This document shows positions 10,871 to 20,497 of a stretch of DNA of 64,000 nucleotides, one piece after another; the first letter of the stretch is position 1; each line of letters starts with the position of its first letter. The stretch comes from Clostridia bacterium. GTDB lineage: Bacteria; Bacillota; Clostridia; UBA1381. Where the stretch lies: contig JAZOTP010000045.1 in assembly GCA_045657705.1 (NCBI GenBank), positions 9,539 through 73,538 on the forward strand, given 5' to 3'. The notes under the pieces were generated by a model. The model ran no database searches. It saw only the letters and a program-made list of their open reading frames with translations, and was not told the origin of the DNA. The translations under genes were made by a program, and so were the position numbers.

Positions 10871-10905
10871 GACGCTGTTCCAAATATCGGGACAGCGTCT
10901 TTTCG
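10871..10905 (+). terminator. intrinsic terminator
   Basis: GACGCTGTTCC-AAATATC-GGGACAGCGTC (11-bp stem with one G:U) followed by TTTTCG. Confidence 0.8.
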
Positions 10906-10959
10906 TGATAAATTATGATTTGTTTGTGAAATCTCTTTGTATTGATTGTGAAAACCTGA

Positions 10960-10988
10960 TTGACAAATTAAATATCTGATGATATAAT
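10960..10988 (+). promoter_or_regulatory. consensus sigmaA promoter for the NlpC/P60 gene
   Basis: TTGACA, a 17-nt spacer and TATAAT, about 70 nt before the ATG at 11058. Confidence 0.65.
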
Positions 10989-11057
10989 AATCTGGAAAAT
11001 ATTAATATAGCTGTATATAAGTGTTTTTTATACTTTTACGGCAGAACGGAGATTTTT

Positions 11058-12821
11058 ATGAAGAAAAAAATTTTATCTTTGATGTTGACTTTTATATTTG
11101 TATTGTCAACAATTTTTACTGTTGCTGTAGAAGCTGCAGGTTCTGCTACAGGTCAGCAGCTTGTTGACTGTGCCATGCAATACATAGGAAAGGTTCCTTA
11201 TGTGTGGGGCGGTGAAACAATTGACGGTGCAAACCCCGGAGCGGATTGTTCAGGTTTTATTTGCAGAATATATGAAAAATATGGTTTTAATTTTTGGGCA
11301 TACAGAACGGCATTGCGTAATTACGGTACAAATCTGGGAACTGATATGAGTGTGGCACAATTAGGAGATATTATATGGTTTGAAGGTCATGTTGCTATCT
11401 ATGCAGGACTTAATAGCAAGGGAGAGCATATGATTGTTCACGAAACCGGAGGAAAATATCAGAATGTTGCCTACACCAGAGTAAAAGATGTAAATGCGGC
11501 ATTAAAAGGAATTATAAGAATTCCCGGTGTTGTAAATAATGGTGAAACTATTACAATCAGCAAAGCAACTTTTAGCGCCCCTATCGACAATGAATATCTT
11601 AGCAAGCAGTATATTGGAGAAACAAATGCGGTTGTAGTTAATCAGGTTAATAAGCTTGAAGGTGTAAGTGTAACTCAAATGGGACTTTGTCTTTATGATG
11701 CAAACGGCAATCTTATAAAAAAGCATTATGAAAATGTAACCAATGTAAGTGCATCGTTGCAAAAATATCATTCATGGTATGATATTAATTCTGAACTGGG
11801 AATAACACTTACACCGGGAACAATGTATCAGTATCGTTTTTTTGGTGTGTTTGACGGACAGGAAATAAGCGCAAAGGATAGTTATTCGTTTGTGACTTAT
11901 GGAACAGCACCTCAGGTGACACCGACTCCGGAAAGATATGAAATTACATTCATTACGGATATGCCGGGGTCAAGCATGACAATTCATGAAATTTCCCGGG
12001 GTGAAATACTTGAAACACTTCCGAAGGCTACTGATTATGAGGGTTATGTTTTTGAGGGGTATTATACAGCGCAAACAGGTGGAAGCCTGATAACTGCAGG
12101 TATGGTATTTAATGAAACACACAACGTGACATATTATCCACGCTATACAAGAACAGAAGAAGAAATTGAGATTGATGATACATATGAACACGGATATGAA
12201 GTTTTCATCATAAATTATTTCGTAGATGGTGATTTGGTTAAAGTAGATGAATTAGTAGCAGGAGAAAAATATAATCTTGATGCCGTTGTGGAAAAGAAAG
12301 GTTATGTTTTTGACGGGTGGTATACAGAAGAAAACGGCGGAACGAAATTAAATAAATATAATGTTGTTTCAAAAGACAGTCCCCGTGATTTATATGCCCA
12401 TTATACAAAGCAAGCAGCAGACGAAAATGAAGTTATTCTTACAATTGGTATGTCTGCTATGAGAGTAAACGGTTATAAGAAAAAAATTGACAATGAAGGA
12501 ACTGTACCTGTTATTAGAAATGGACGCACATTAATTCCTGTCAGAGCTGTATTCGAAGCAATGAATGGTACTGTAGGCTGGGACGGCAATGCAAGAGTTG
12601 TGTCGCTGAAAAAAGATAACAGGACACTGTTTTTAAAGATTGACAGTAATACTGCATGGGATTCAGAGGGTAATTATTATACTCTTGATTCTATGCCTGT
12701 GATAATTAATGGACGCACAATGTTGCCAATTCGTTTTGTTGTTGAGTATTTTGACGGTAATGTTGAATGGGATGCAGATACAGAAAGCGTAATTATAACA
12801 TATTTTACTGAGAGAGATTAA
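11058..12821 (+). CDS. secreted NlpC/P60 cell-wall hydrolase with Listeria-Bacteroides (Flg_new) repeats and a C-terminal copper-amine-oxidase-N-like domain
   Basis: Signal peptide. DCSGFICRIY catalytic-cysteine motif with a downstream His. Two GYVF(E/D)GxYT repeat modules. C-terminal VPVIRNGRTLIPVRAVFEAMNG...INGRTMLPIRFV. Confidence 0.85.
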   Translation: MKKKILSLMLTFIFVLSTIFTVAVEAAGSATGQQLVDCAMQYIGKVPYVWGGETIDGANPGADCSGFICRIYEKYGFNFWAYRTALRNYGTNLGTDMSVAQLGDIIWFEGHVAIYAGLNSKGEHMIVHETGGKYQNVAYTRVKDVNAALKGIIRIPGVVNNGETITISKATFSAPIDNEYLSKQYIGETNAVVVNQVNKLEGVSVTQMGLCLYDANGNLIKKHYENVTNVSASLQKYHSWYDINSELGITLTPGTMYQYRFFGVFDGQEISAKDSYSFVTYGTAPQVTPTPERYEITFITDMPGSSMTIHEISRGEILETLPKATDYEGYVFEGYYTAQTGGSLITAGMVFNETHNVTYYPRYTRTEEEIEIDDTYEHGYEVFIINYFVDGDLVKVDELVAGEKYNLDAVVEKKGYVFDGWYTEENGGTKLNKYNVVSKDSPRDLYAHYTKQAADENEVILTIGMSAMRVNGYKKKIDNEGTVPVIRNGRTLIPVRAVFEAMNGTVGWDGNARVVSLKKDNRTLFLKIDSNTAWDSEGNYYTLDSMPVIINGRTMLPIRFVVEYFDGNVEWDADTESVIITYFTERD

Positions 12822-12835
12822 AAAATAATCATAAA

Positions 12836-12881
12836 TAAAAAACAGAAATCCGGTTTAAAGAACGGGATTTCTGTTTTTTTA
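12836..12881. terminator. bidirectional intrinsic terminator between convergent genes
   Basis: A run, then AACAGAAATCCG...CGGGATTTCTGTT, then a T run. Confidence 0.8.
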
Positions 12882-12940
12882 CATTATTATCCTAATAAAA
12901 TTTATCATTGGTAAGCAGAAAATAAATTTTAAAATATTTA

Positions 12941-14134
12941 TTATTTAATATCTTCTATAGATAATAATGCCTGCTGAGGAGGAAGACTTCTTGTCTTCAT
13001 CGCTGATGCTGTGGCTTTAATTGTCTTTCCTTTTTCAGCCTTTAACTCAATAGCTTTTGCAGCTAATTCCTCAGAAAGATTTAAAACTGTCTGAGTCATC
13101 GGAGCATTTTCATCTCCGATTATAATCTGAGTTAATTTTTCATCTTCATAAACCAAGTCACAAATTGTACCCTCAATCGGCTCTGTTGAAACAGAATCAG
13201 ATGTTTTTTCAGCTATTTCAATACTTACAGGAATCATCTGAGGAGGAATACTTAATGTTGCAAGATCCTGAGTTTGTGCTGTAATTTCTGTACCGACTTC
13301 AATGCCAAGCTCCTTAACCGTTGCGGCAATTTCTTCTGTGAGATTTAAAATTGTCTGAGTTTCAGGGTTTTCTTTTTCTCCGAGAACAAGCTTTACAAGC
13401 TTTTCATCTTCATAAATTATGTCGGCAACTGTACCTGAGATTGTCGGCAATACTGCTTTTTCTGAAAGTGAAAGAGAAACAGGAGTCATCTGAGGAGGTA
13501 TGCTCATTGTCTGAGTACCTGTTGTTTCAGCTACAATTTCTGTACCGATAACTATGTTTAATTCTTCAGCAATTTTTGAAATTTCATCTGTTAAGTTTAA
13601 TTCGATATGTGTATCAATGTTGTCTGGTTCACCGATAACAATCTTAACAATTTTATCATTTTCAATAACTAAATCACATACAGTACCTGTAATAGTATTG
13701 GTCTGTTCTCCATATGTGATATAATAATCGCCATTTTCTTTAACAAGAGTTCCTTGTAATATTTCGTTTATAAAGTTTTCAGGAACGTATGTTGTATCAT
13801 CTATCAGTAATGGTGAAGTTCCAAGCTTTTGAGGTGCCATTTTAGAAAAAGTATAGCCGTCATAATCAGGTGAACAGGTTATGTATATTGGAAGCTTAAC
13901 TAATTCAATTGTTCTTGATTCCTCAATCCAGTTAACTGTAAAGCCTAAGTTTTCGCAGATTGCACGAAGAGGAACTAAAGTTGTGTCATTATTTTGCTTT
14001 AATTCAGCACTTTCAAGTACAGTATTGTTTATATATATTTTACCTCCTTCCTCACCGTTTGCCATGGTAACAAGAGATAAAAGCAGTGCTGCTGCAGAAG
14101 TTACCGAAATAATTTTTTTGTTTGTGTTTTTCAT
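12941..14134 (-). CDS. secreted protein with an N-terminal copper-amine-oxidase-N-like domain and three tandem ~84-aa repeats of unknown type
   Basis: Signal peptide and LVPLRAICENLGFTVNW. Three repeats share GT(V/I)xD(L/I)(V/I)YEDEK(L/I)...LNL(T/S)EE(I/L)...SIPPQM. Confidence 0.8.
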   Translation of the reverse strand: MKNTNKKIISVTSAAALLLSLVTMANGEEGGKIYINNTVLESAELKQNNDTTLVPLRAICENLGFTVNWIEESRTIELVKLPIYITCSPDYDGYTFSKMAPQKLGTSPLLIDDTTYVPENFINEILQGTLVKENGDYYITYGEQTNTITGTVCDLVIENDKIVKIVIGEPDNIDTHIELNLTDEISKIAEELNIVIGTEIVAETTGTQTMSIPPQMTPVSLSLSEKAVLPTISGTVADIIYEDEKLVKLVLGEKENPETQTILNLTEEIAATVKELGIEVGTEITAQTQDLATLSIPPQMIPVSIEIAEKTSDSVSTEPIEGTICDLVYEDEKLTQIIIGDENAPMTQTVLNLSEELAAKAIELKAEKGKTIKATASAMKTRSLPPQQALLSIEDIK

Positions 14135-14266
14135 TTAATTCACTTACCTTTCTGTTTATAAAATTATCGGGTTTTTTGCCCTTTCAAAACTAATATGGTC
14201 GCATATAACCTTTTGGTTCATTTTTATTTAAAATTTTTTTTATCAGCTATAATTATGATAAAAATA

Positions 14267-14296
14267 TTGACAAAATATAGTGTTTTGATGTATAAT
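14267..14296 (+). promoter_or_regulatory. sigmaA-type promoter of the 54-codon ORF
   Basis: TTGACA, an 18-nt spacer and TATAAT. Confidence 0.5.
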
Positions 14297-14337
14297 ATCT
14301 GTAGTTATTCAATATATGTATGATTGAGGTTTAATGT

Positions 14338-14502
14338 ATGAAGTCAATTTTTAAGAATTATACTATACTTAAAAATGCAGTAAGCAGCAGATTCGGAATA
14401 AAAACAGAAAAAAGATTACAGATTGTGGCTCCGGGTTTGATAAAAAGAAAATTTGATTTTGAAGCAATTGAAACAAGAGTCAAAAATAAAGCGTTTTGTT
14501 AA
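14338..14502 (+). CDS. small basic hypothetical protein (54 aa), below the ORF-track cutoff
   Basis: GAGG lies 8 nt before the ATG. Translation is MKSIFKNYTILKNAVSSRFGIKTEKRLQIVAPGLIKRKFDFEAIETRVKNKAFC. It has its own promoter and terminator. Confidence 0.35.
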   Translation: MKSIFKNYTILKNAVSSRFGIKTEKRLQIVAPGLIKRKFDFEAIETRVKNKAFC

Positions 14503-14525
14503 AAAAATAACAAAACGCTTTTTTG
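14488..14525 (+). terminator. strong intrinsic terminator
   Basis: AAAGCGTTTTGTTA-AAAAAA-TAACAAAACGCTTT followed by TTTG. The stop codon of the small ORF lies inside the stem. Confidence 0.85.
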
Positions 14526-14645
14526 TATATTACTTGATTTAAAGGCAGTAATATGATATTATATATTGTATAATGGAATGATTTAGAAGTTATTTTAATA
14601 CAATATACAGTTATTATTATTTTTTTTAACGAAAGGATGATAAAA

Positions 14646-15965
14646 ATGGCACAAACATTTAAGGGCGGAATGCACATCGATGACCACAAGGAATTAACAT
14701 CATCAGTTCCGATAAAGGTTGTAGGCGGAAGTAATATTCATGTTTATCCGCTTCAGCAGCATATAGGTGCACCGCTTGAGGTAAAAGTAAAAATAGGTGA
14801 GCTTGTGAAAGTAGGAGATTTGCTGGCTGATAATAAGGAGGCTTTTATTTGTGCACCGTTACACAGTTCTGTTTCGGGCACTGTTAAAGCAATTGAACCA
14901 CGGCTTCATCCGTCAGGAACTAAAGTGATGTCTGTAGTGATTGAAAATGACGGACTATATGAGATTTCGGAAAAAGTATGTCCGAAAGATCCTGATAAAA
15001 TGACAGCAAAAGAGATTGTTAATGTTATAAGAGAAGCAGGAATTGTAGGAATGGGCGGTGCAGGATTCCCGACTCATGTAAAATTGTCGCCTGCTCCGGA
15101 CAAGAAGATAACTCATGTTATTGTAAACGGTGCAGAGTGTGAACCGTATCTTACATCGGATCATAGAAGAATGCTTGAGATTCCTGAAGAAATTATCGAC
15201 GGGTTACAAATAGCTATGAATGCATTGGGATTAAATGAGGGATATATAGGAATAGAATTAAATAAAGCCGATGCAATTGAGGTGCTTAAAAACAAGACGG
15301 CAGGTATTTCGAATATAAATATTATTGAACTAAAAACAAAGTATCCTCAGGGAGCTGAAAAACAGCTTATTTATGCTGTTACCGGAAAACAGGTTCCATC
15401 AGGCGGACTTCCTGCAGATGTTGGTGCAGTTGTTATGAATATAGATACAATTGTACAAATATCAAAAGCTTTCAGAACAGGAATGCCTTTAATTGAGAGG
15501 ATTGTTACCATGTCCGGGGACTGCATAAAAGAACCGAAAAATGTACAGGTTCGTACAGGTATGCTCTTTTCTGATTTAATTGATGTTTGCGGAGGACTTT
15601 CAAAAGAGCCCAAAAAGCTTATTATGGGTGGACCGATGATGGGAATTGCACAGTTTACTGCGGAGGTTCCTGTTATTAAAACTACCTCCGGAATTATAGC
15701 ACTCGGTGATTCGGGTGATACATTTGAAGATGATTCTCCTTGTCTGAGATGCGGAAAATGCGTGGAATGCTGTCCGATGAATTTAATGCCGTTGTATCTT
15801 AATAAGTATGCAAGAAATAATGATTTTGAAATGGCTGAAAAATATAATATTCTGGATTGCATTGAATGCGGAATATGTTCATATCTGTGTCCGGGAATGC
15901 AAAGCCCGCTGCACAGTATAAGAGTAGCAAAGCAGAAAATTATTGAGAATCGAAGAAAAAAATAA
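14646..15965 (+). CDS. rnfC: Rnf electron-transport complex subunit C
   Basis: GMGGAGFPTHVK motif and two CxxCxxCxxxCP ferredoxin motifs. The ATG at 14646 lies 8 nt after GAAAGGA. Confidence 0.93.
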   Translation: MAQTFKGGMHIDDHKELTSSVPIKVVGGSNIHVYPLQQHIGAPLEVKVKIGELVKVGDLLADNKEAFICAPLHSSVSGTVKAIEPRLHPSGTKVMSVVIENDGLYEISEKVCPKDPDKMTAKEIVNVIREAGIVGMGGAGFPTHVKLSPAPDKKITHVIVNGAECEPYLTSDHRRMLEIPEEIIDGLQIAMNALGLNEGYIGIELNKADAIEVLKNKTAGISNINIIELKTKYPQGAEKQLIYAVTGKQVPSGGLPADVGAVVMNIDTIVQISKAFRTGMPLIERIVTMSGDCIKEPKNVQVRTGMLFSDLIDVCGGLSKEPKKLIMGGPMMGIAQFTAEVPVIKTTSGIIALGDSGDTFEDDSPCLRCGKCVECCPMNLMPLYLNKYARNNDFEMAEKYNILDCIECGICSYLCPGMQSPLHSIRVAKQKIIENRRKK

Positions 15966-15992
15966 TTTAATATAACGAAAGGACGAGTTAAA

Positions 15993-16955
15993 ATGGATTA
16001 TAAATTTATTGTTTCATCATCACCGCATATTCATCAGAAAGAAAAAACCGCTGATATTATGCTTGACGTAATTATTGCAATGATTCCGACAACTTTTATG
16101 GGTGTATACTTTTTCGGACTTCGTGCGGCGATGATTATGTTAACAGCAGTGGCTGCTTGTGTATTGTTTGAATATGCATATGAATATTTTATGAAAAAGA
16201 AAAATACCGTTCGTGATTTATCGGCAGTTGTAACGGGGATGCTTATCGGATTGAATATGCCTCCGTCAATTCCTTTGTGGATGGTAGTTGTCGGAAGTGC
16301 ATTTGCAATTATCATAGTAAAACAGCTTTATGGGGGATTAGGAAAGAATTTTTTAAATCCTGCAATGGCGGCAAGATGTTTTATGGTTGTTGCATGGGCA
16401 GGAGCAATGACTACATATTCAGAACCCCTGATGGGAATTGATGCTATCTCTTCTGCAACCCCCCTCTCTGTTTTAAAGGGAAGTTCGGAGGGAAGTGTGC
16501 CAACGGTGTTTCAGGCACTGTTCGGAGCAACTCCCGGCTGTATTGGTGAAACATCTGCTATAATGATTATTGCAGGCGGAATATATCTGCTGGTAAAACG
16601 AGTTATTAACTGGAAAATACCTGTTACATATATTGCAGTATTTGCAGTTCTTGAACTATTATTTGGAAAAAATCCTACAGATATGCCGGCATTTGAGTTT
16701 GTTACAATTCATGTTTTGTCGGGCGGTCTTATGCTTGGTGCATTCTTTATGGCTACCGATTATACTACAACTCCGACCACGAAAACAGGTCAGTTTATAT
16801 TTGGTGCAGGCTGTGGTATATTAACATTTCTGATCAGAACCTTCGGAGGGTATCCTGAGGGAGTATCTTTTGCAATATTGCTGATGAACATTCTTACGCC
16901 GCTTATTGACAGATATACAGTGCCGAAAAAATTCGGATATATCAAGAAAAAGTAG
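15993..16955 (+). CDS. rnfD: Rnf complex subunit D
   Basis: Polytopic membrane protein with an SGGLMLGAFFMATD FMN-attachment-type motif. Operon position fits. Confidence 0.92.
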   Translation: MDYKFIVSSSPHIHQKEKTADIMLDVIIAMIPTTFMGVYFFGLRAAMIMLTAVAACVLFEYAYEYFMKKKNTVRDLSAVVTGMLIGLNMPPSIPLWMVVVGSAFAIIIVKQLYGGLGKNFLNPAMAARCFMVVAWAGAMTTYSEPLMGIDAISSATPLSVLKGSSEGSVPTVFQALFGATPGCIGETSAIMIIAGGIYLLVKRVINWKIPVTYIAVFAVLELLFGKNPTDMPAFEFVTIHVLSGGLMLGAFFMATDYTTTPTTKTGQFIFGAGCGILTFLIRTFGGYPEGVSFAILLMNILTPLIDRYTVPKKFGYIKKK

Positions 16956-16996
16956 TCGGTAAATATTTATTTCTGATACGGAAAGGAATGAAAAAT

Positions 16997-17578
16997 ATGT
17001 TAAATAAAAAAGAGATAACAGATATTTTTAAAATTGGATTTACATTATGTGCAATTACCGCAGTATCTGCATTTGTGCTTGCACTTGTTAATGATATTAC
17101 TGCTCCTGTAATAGCTGCTAACGTTGCCCGAAAGCAGACAGCAGCGATGCAAAAGGTATTGCCTGAGGCGACAGGATTTACCGAAACAGAACAGTTGGAT
17201 GAAAAAATAAACACAATAGTAAAATCCATGTATGAAGCAAATGATGAAAACGGAAATACAATCGGATATGCCGTTATGGTTTCACCCTACGGTTACGGCG
17301 GCGAAATTTCGCTGGCTGTAGGTGTTGACAATGATTTAAAGGTTACAGGAGTTGATGTTATATCACAGACTGAAACAGCAGGTCTTGGAAATAAGTGTAC
17401 GGAAGATGAGTTTAAAAATCAGTACATAGGAAAAACCTTAGGGATTGACGTTGTAAAAAAGGACCCGAAAGAAAATGAAATAGATGCTATTTCAAGTGCT
17501 ACAGTAACATCCAAAGCGGTTACATCAGGCGTGAATGCAGCAATCGAAGCTGCTCAGATAATGAAGGGGGACAAGTAA
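16997..17578 (+). CDS. rnfG: Rnf complex subunit G
   Basis: Single TM segment plus an FMN-binding domain (IDAISSATVTS). The ATG at 16997 lies 8 nt after GAAAGGAA. Confidence 0.9.
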   Translation: MLNKKEITDIFKIGFTLCAITAVSAFVLALVNDITAPVIAANVARKQTAAMQKVLPEATGFTETEQLDEKINTIVKSMYEANDENGNTIGYAVMVSPYGYGGEISLAVGVDNDLKVTGVDVISQTETAGLGNKCTEDEFKNQYIGKTLGIDVVKKDPKENEIDAISSATVTSKAVTSGVNAAIEAAQIMKGDK

Positions 17579-18187
17579 ATGAGTAAAAATTTAAAAGTAG
17601 TATTAAACGGAATTATCAATGAAAATCCTACCTTCGTTCAGTTGCTGGGAATGTGTCCGACTCTGGCGGTAACCACAAGTGTTAAAAACGGAATAGGAAT
17701 GGGATTGTCTGCAACAGCTGTGTTAGTTGCATCAAATGTGCTTATTTCATTGCTACGCAAAATAATTCCGGATAAGGTGAGAATTGCTGCGTATATTGTT
17801 ATAATTGCCGCATTTGTTACGATTATTGATATGCTTCTGAATGCGTATTTGCCGTCACTTGCAGAACAGCTTGGAATATTCATTCCGCTTATTGTTGTAA
17901 ACTGCATTATTCTTGCAAGAGCAGAAGCGTATGCATCAAAAAATTCTGTCGGAAAATCTGCTCTGGACGGATTGGGTATGGGTCTTGGATTTACAGCGGC
18001 ACTTACAATAATTTCTGCAGTTCGTGAATTTTTTGGTGCAGGAACACTGTTTGATATTAAAATATACGGTGATGTTATTACACCGCCGTCAATCCTTACA
18101 ATGGCTCCGGGAGGATTTATTGTACTTGGATTACTTATTGCATTGATTAATTACATAACTTCAAAAAGAAAGGCAGGGGATAAGTAA
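17579..18187 (+). CDS. rnfE: Rnf complex subunit E
   Basis: RnfE/NqrD-like membrane protein (LLGMCPTLAVT). Confidence 0.92.
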   Translation: MSKNLKVVLNGIINENPTFVQLLGMCPTLAVTTSVKNGIGMGLSATAVLVASNVLISLLRKIIPDKVRIAAYIVIIAAFVTIIDMLLNAYLPSLAEQLGIFIPLIVVNCIILARAEAYASKNSVGKSALDGLGMGLGFTAALTIISAVREFFGAGTLFDIKIYGDVITPPSILTMAPGGFIVLGLLIALINYITSKRKAGDK

Positions 18188-18756
18188 TGAGTTATTTGTC
18201 TTTAATTATTACAGCTTTGTTTACTCAAAACTTTGTTATGGTTAAGTTTATGGGAATTTGTCCGTTTCTGGGTGTTTCCAAAAAGCTTGATACTGCCGCA
18301 GGAATGGGAATGGCAGTTACATTTGTAATGGCAATCGCTTCCGCTATTACTTATCTTGTAAATTTGCTTTTGGGAGATTCATTGCAGTATCTTCAGACAA
18401 TTGTATTTATACTGATAATTGCAGGTCTGGTTCAGTTTGTTGAAATGTTTGTTAAAAAATCCATGCCTTCATTATATAGCGCATTGGGTATATATCTTCC
18501 TCTTATAACAACTAACTGTGCAGTACTTGGTGTTGCACTGCTTAATGTGCAGAGTGGATATAACTTCATTGAATCTGTATTATTCGGTACATTTGCGGCA
18601 CTTGGATTTACTATGGCAATCATTATTTTTGCAGGTATAAGGCAAAATATTGATGAGGCTGATATTCCTGTAAGTTTCAGAGGATTCCCGATAGCATTGG
18701 TTACTGCCGGACTTATGGCAATAGCCTTTATGGGATTTTCCGGTTTTACGGTATAA
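18187..18756 (+). CDS. rnfA: Rnf complex subunit A
   Basis: RnfA/NqrE-like (FMGICPFLGVS). TAATG overlap with rnfE. Confidence 0.92.
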   Translation: MSYLSLIITALFTQNFVMVKFMGICPFLGVSKKLDTAAGMGMAVTFVMAIASAITYLVNLLLGDSLQYLQTIVFILIIAGLVQFVEMFVKKSMPSLYSALGIYLPLITTNCAVLGVALLNVQSGYNFIESVLFGTFAALGFTMAIIIFAGIRQNIDEADIPVSFRGFPIALVTAGLMAIAFMGFSGFTV

Positions 18757-18768
18757 GGAGGGAAATCA

Positions 18769-19569
18769 ATGAATATTAATGGAATTATATTAGCGGTTGT
18801 AATTGTAGGCGTAACAGGATTAATATTCGGCTGTCTGCTTGCGTTTGCTTCTGTTATATTTGCAGTAAAAACGGATGAAAGAGAAGAATTAATTGCAGAG
18901 GTACTTCCGGGAGCTAATTGCGGAGCGTGCGGATATGCAGGATGTTCTGCATATGCTTCGGCGGTGGTAAATGACGGAGCACCGGTAAACAGCTGTTCAG
19001 TCGGAAAAAATCAGGTTGCAGAAAAAATTGCCGCAATTATGGGTGTGAAGGCTGAAGTAGTAGAGCCTAAGATTGCAAAGATTATGTGTGCAGGTGACTG
19101 TACAAAAGCATCTGATAAATATGAATATAGCGGTATTAATGACTGTGCAGCGGCTGCAAAGCTTGCGGGTGGTGCAAAAGCCTGCCCTGATGGATGTCTT
19201 GGATTGGGAAGTTGTGCAAAAGCCTGTTCTTTTAATGCTATTTCAATAAAAAACGGTGTAGCCATTGTTGATGAGGAAAAGTGTGAAGGTTGCGGAGTTT
19301 GTATAAGTAAATGTCCTAAAAACATAATTGAATTTGTACCTAAAAAGAATAATACATTTGCCTTATGTTCAAATAAAGAAAAAGGTGCAATTACAAACAA
19401 ATATTGCACGGTTGGATGTATTGGCTGTAAGATGTGTGAAAAAGCCTGCCCTACAGGTGCGATTAAAGTGGAAAACAATTTTGCAAAAATCAATTATGCC
19501 CTGTGTATTGATTGTGGTGAATGTGTTCAGAAATGCCCTAAAAAGGTTATTGTATCAAGAGGTGCATGA
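18769..19569 (+). CDS. rnfB: Rnf complex subunit B (polyferredoxin)
   Basis: N-terminal TM segment, a CGACGYAGC motif and several CxxCxxCxxxCP motifs. Confidence 0.92.
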   Translation: MNINGIILAVVIVGVTGLIFGCLLAFASVIFAVKTDEREELIAEVLPGANCGACGYAGCSAYASAVVNDGAPVNSCSVGKNQVAEKIAAIMGVKAEVVEPKIAKIMCAGDCTKASDKYEYSGINDCAAAAKLAGGAKACPDGCLGLGSCAKACSFNAISIKNGVAIVDEEKCEGCGVCISKCPKNIIEFVPKKNNTFALCSNKEKGAITNKYCTVGCIGCKMCEKACPTGAIKVENNFAKINYALCIDCGECVQKCPKKVIVSRGA

Positions 19570-20477
19570 TGAAAAAAACAGGTATTTATGCACTGGCTGC
19601 AATTCTTGCGATTGCCTTTTCATGGCTGGGGATTGACAGTGATGAACTTGATATATTTGAATATTTTAATAAATATTTTTCCAGATACGAAAACTTTACT
19701 AAAAGAAAAGAAGGAGAACTTGAAGTAAATATTGTCGATGTGGGTCAGGGGGACTGCATTGTTACAATACTTCCCGATAATAAGATATTAATGATTGATT
19801 CAGGGGACAACGGACATGAAAATGAAGTTTTTGAATTTCTTGATTCCAAAAATATTACAACTATAGATTATCTTGTGGCAACACATCCTCACAGTGACCA
19901 TATCGGTTCAATGCCGGAAGTAATTGAAAAATATGAAATTGTCAATTTTTATATGCCGAAAGCCATTCACACTTCTTCTACATACAAAAAAATGATTGAA
20001 AACCTGCAGAAAAAAAGTCTTAAAATCAACACTGCAAGAGCAGGGAAAACATTTATAGACGAATCAGGTGTTACCGCCCGGTTCATTGCACCTGTAGAAG
20101 AGTCATATGAAGATTTAAATTATTATTCGGCTGTAATAAGACTTGATTTTGGCGAAACCTCTTTTCTTTTTACAGCAGATATGGAAGAACCAAATGAAAA
20201 TGAGCTGCTCGAATATGATAAAAACAGTCTTGATGCGGATGTTTTGAAGGTTGCTCATCACGGCAGCAGTACATCATCAACAAAAAAGTTTTTAGATGCA
20301 GTTTCGCCTGAATATTCTGTTATTTCCTGCGGTAAAAATAATGATTATAATCACCCGCACAGGGAAATATTAGAAAGGTTGGAGAATTTAGATACAGAGG
20401 TTTACAGAACAGATACTCACGGAACTGTTACTTTTGTAAGTGACGGTGATGATATAAGAGTAAATACAGTAAATTAA
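19566..20477 (+). CDS. ComEC-C-terminal-like MBL-fold metallo-hydrolase, membrane anchored
   Basis: VDVGQGD and ATHPHSDHIG metallo-beta-lactamase motifs. The ATG overlaps the rnfB stop (ATGATGA). Confidence 0.85.
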   Translation: MMKKTGIYALAAILAIAFSWLGIDSDELDIFEYFNKYFSRYENFTKRKEGELEVNIVDVGQGDCIVTILPDNKILMIDSGDNGHENEVFEFLDSKNITTIDYLVATHPHSDHIGSMPEVIEKYEIVNFYMPKAIHTSSTYKKMIENLQKKSLKINTARAGKTFIDESGVTARFIAPVEESYEDLNYYSAVIRLDFGETSFLFTADMEEPNENELLEYDKNSLDADVLKVAHHGSSTSSTKKFLDAVSPEYSVISCGKNNDYNHPHREILERLENLDTEVYRTDTHGTVTFVSDGDDIRVNTVN

Positions 20478-20497
20478 AGTGAATGGGATGTGTTTGG

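Noticed and set aside
10989-11057. cyclic-di-AMP (ydaO) riboswitch upstream of the NlpC/P60 hydrolase
   Set aside because: The leader from the consensus promoter to the ATG is only about 70 nt and lacks the pseudo-twofold ydaO architecture.
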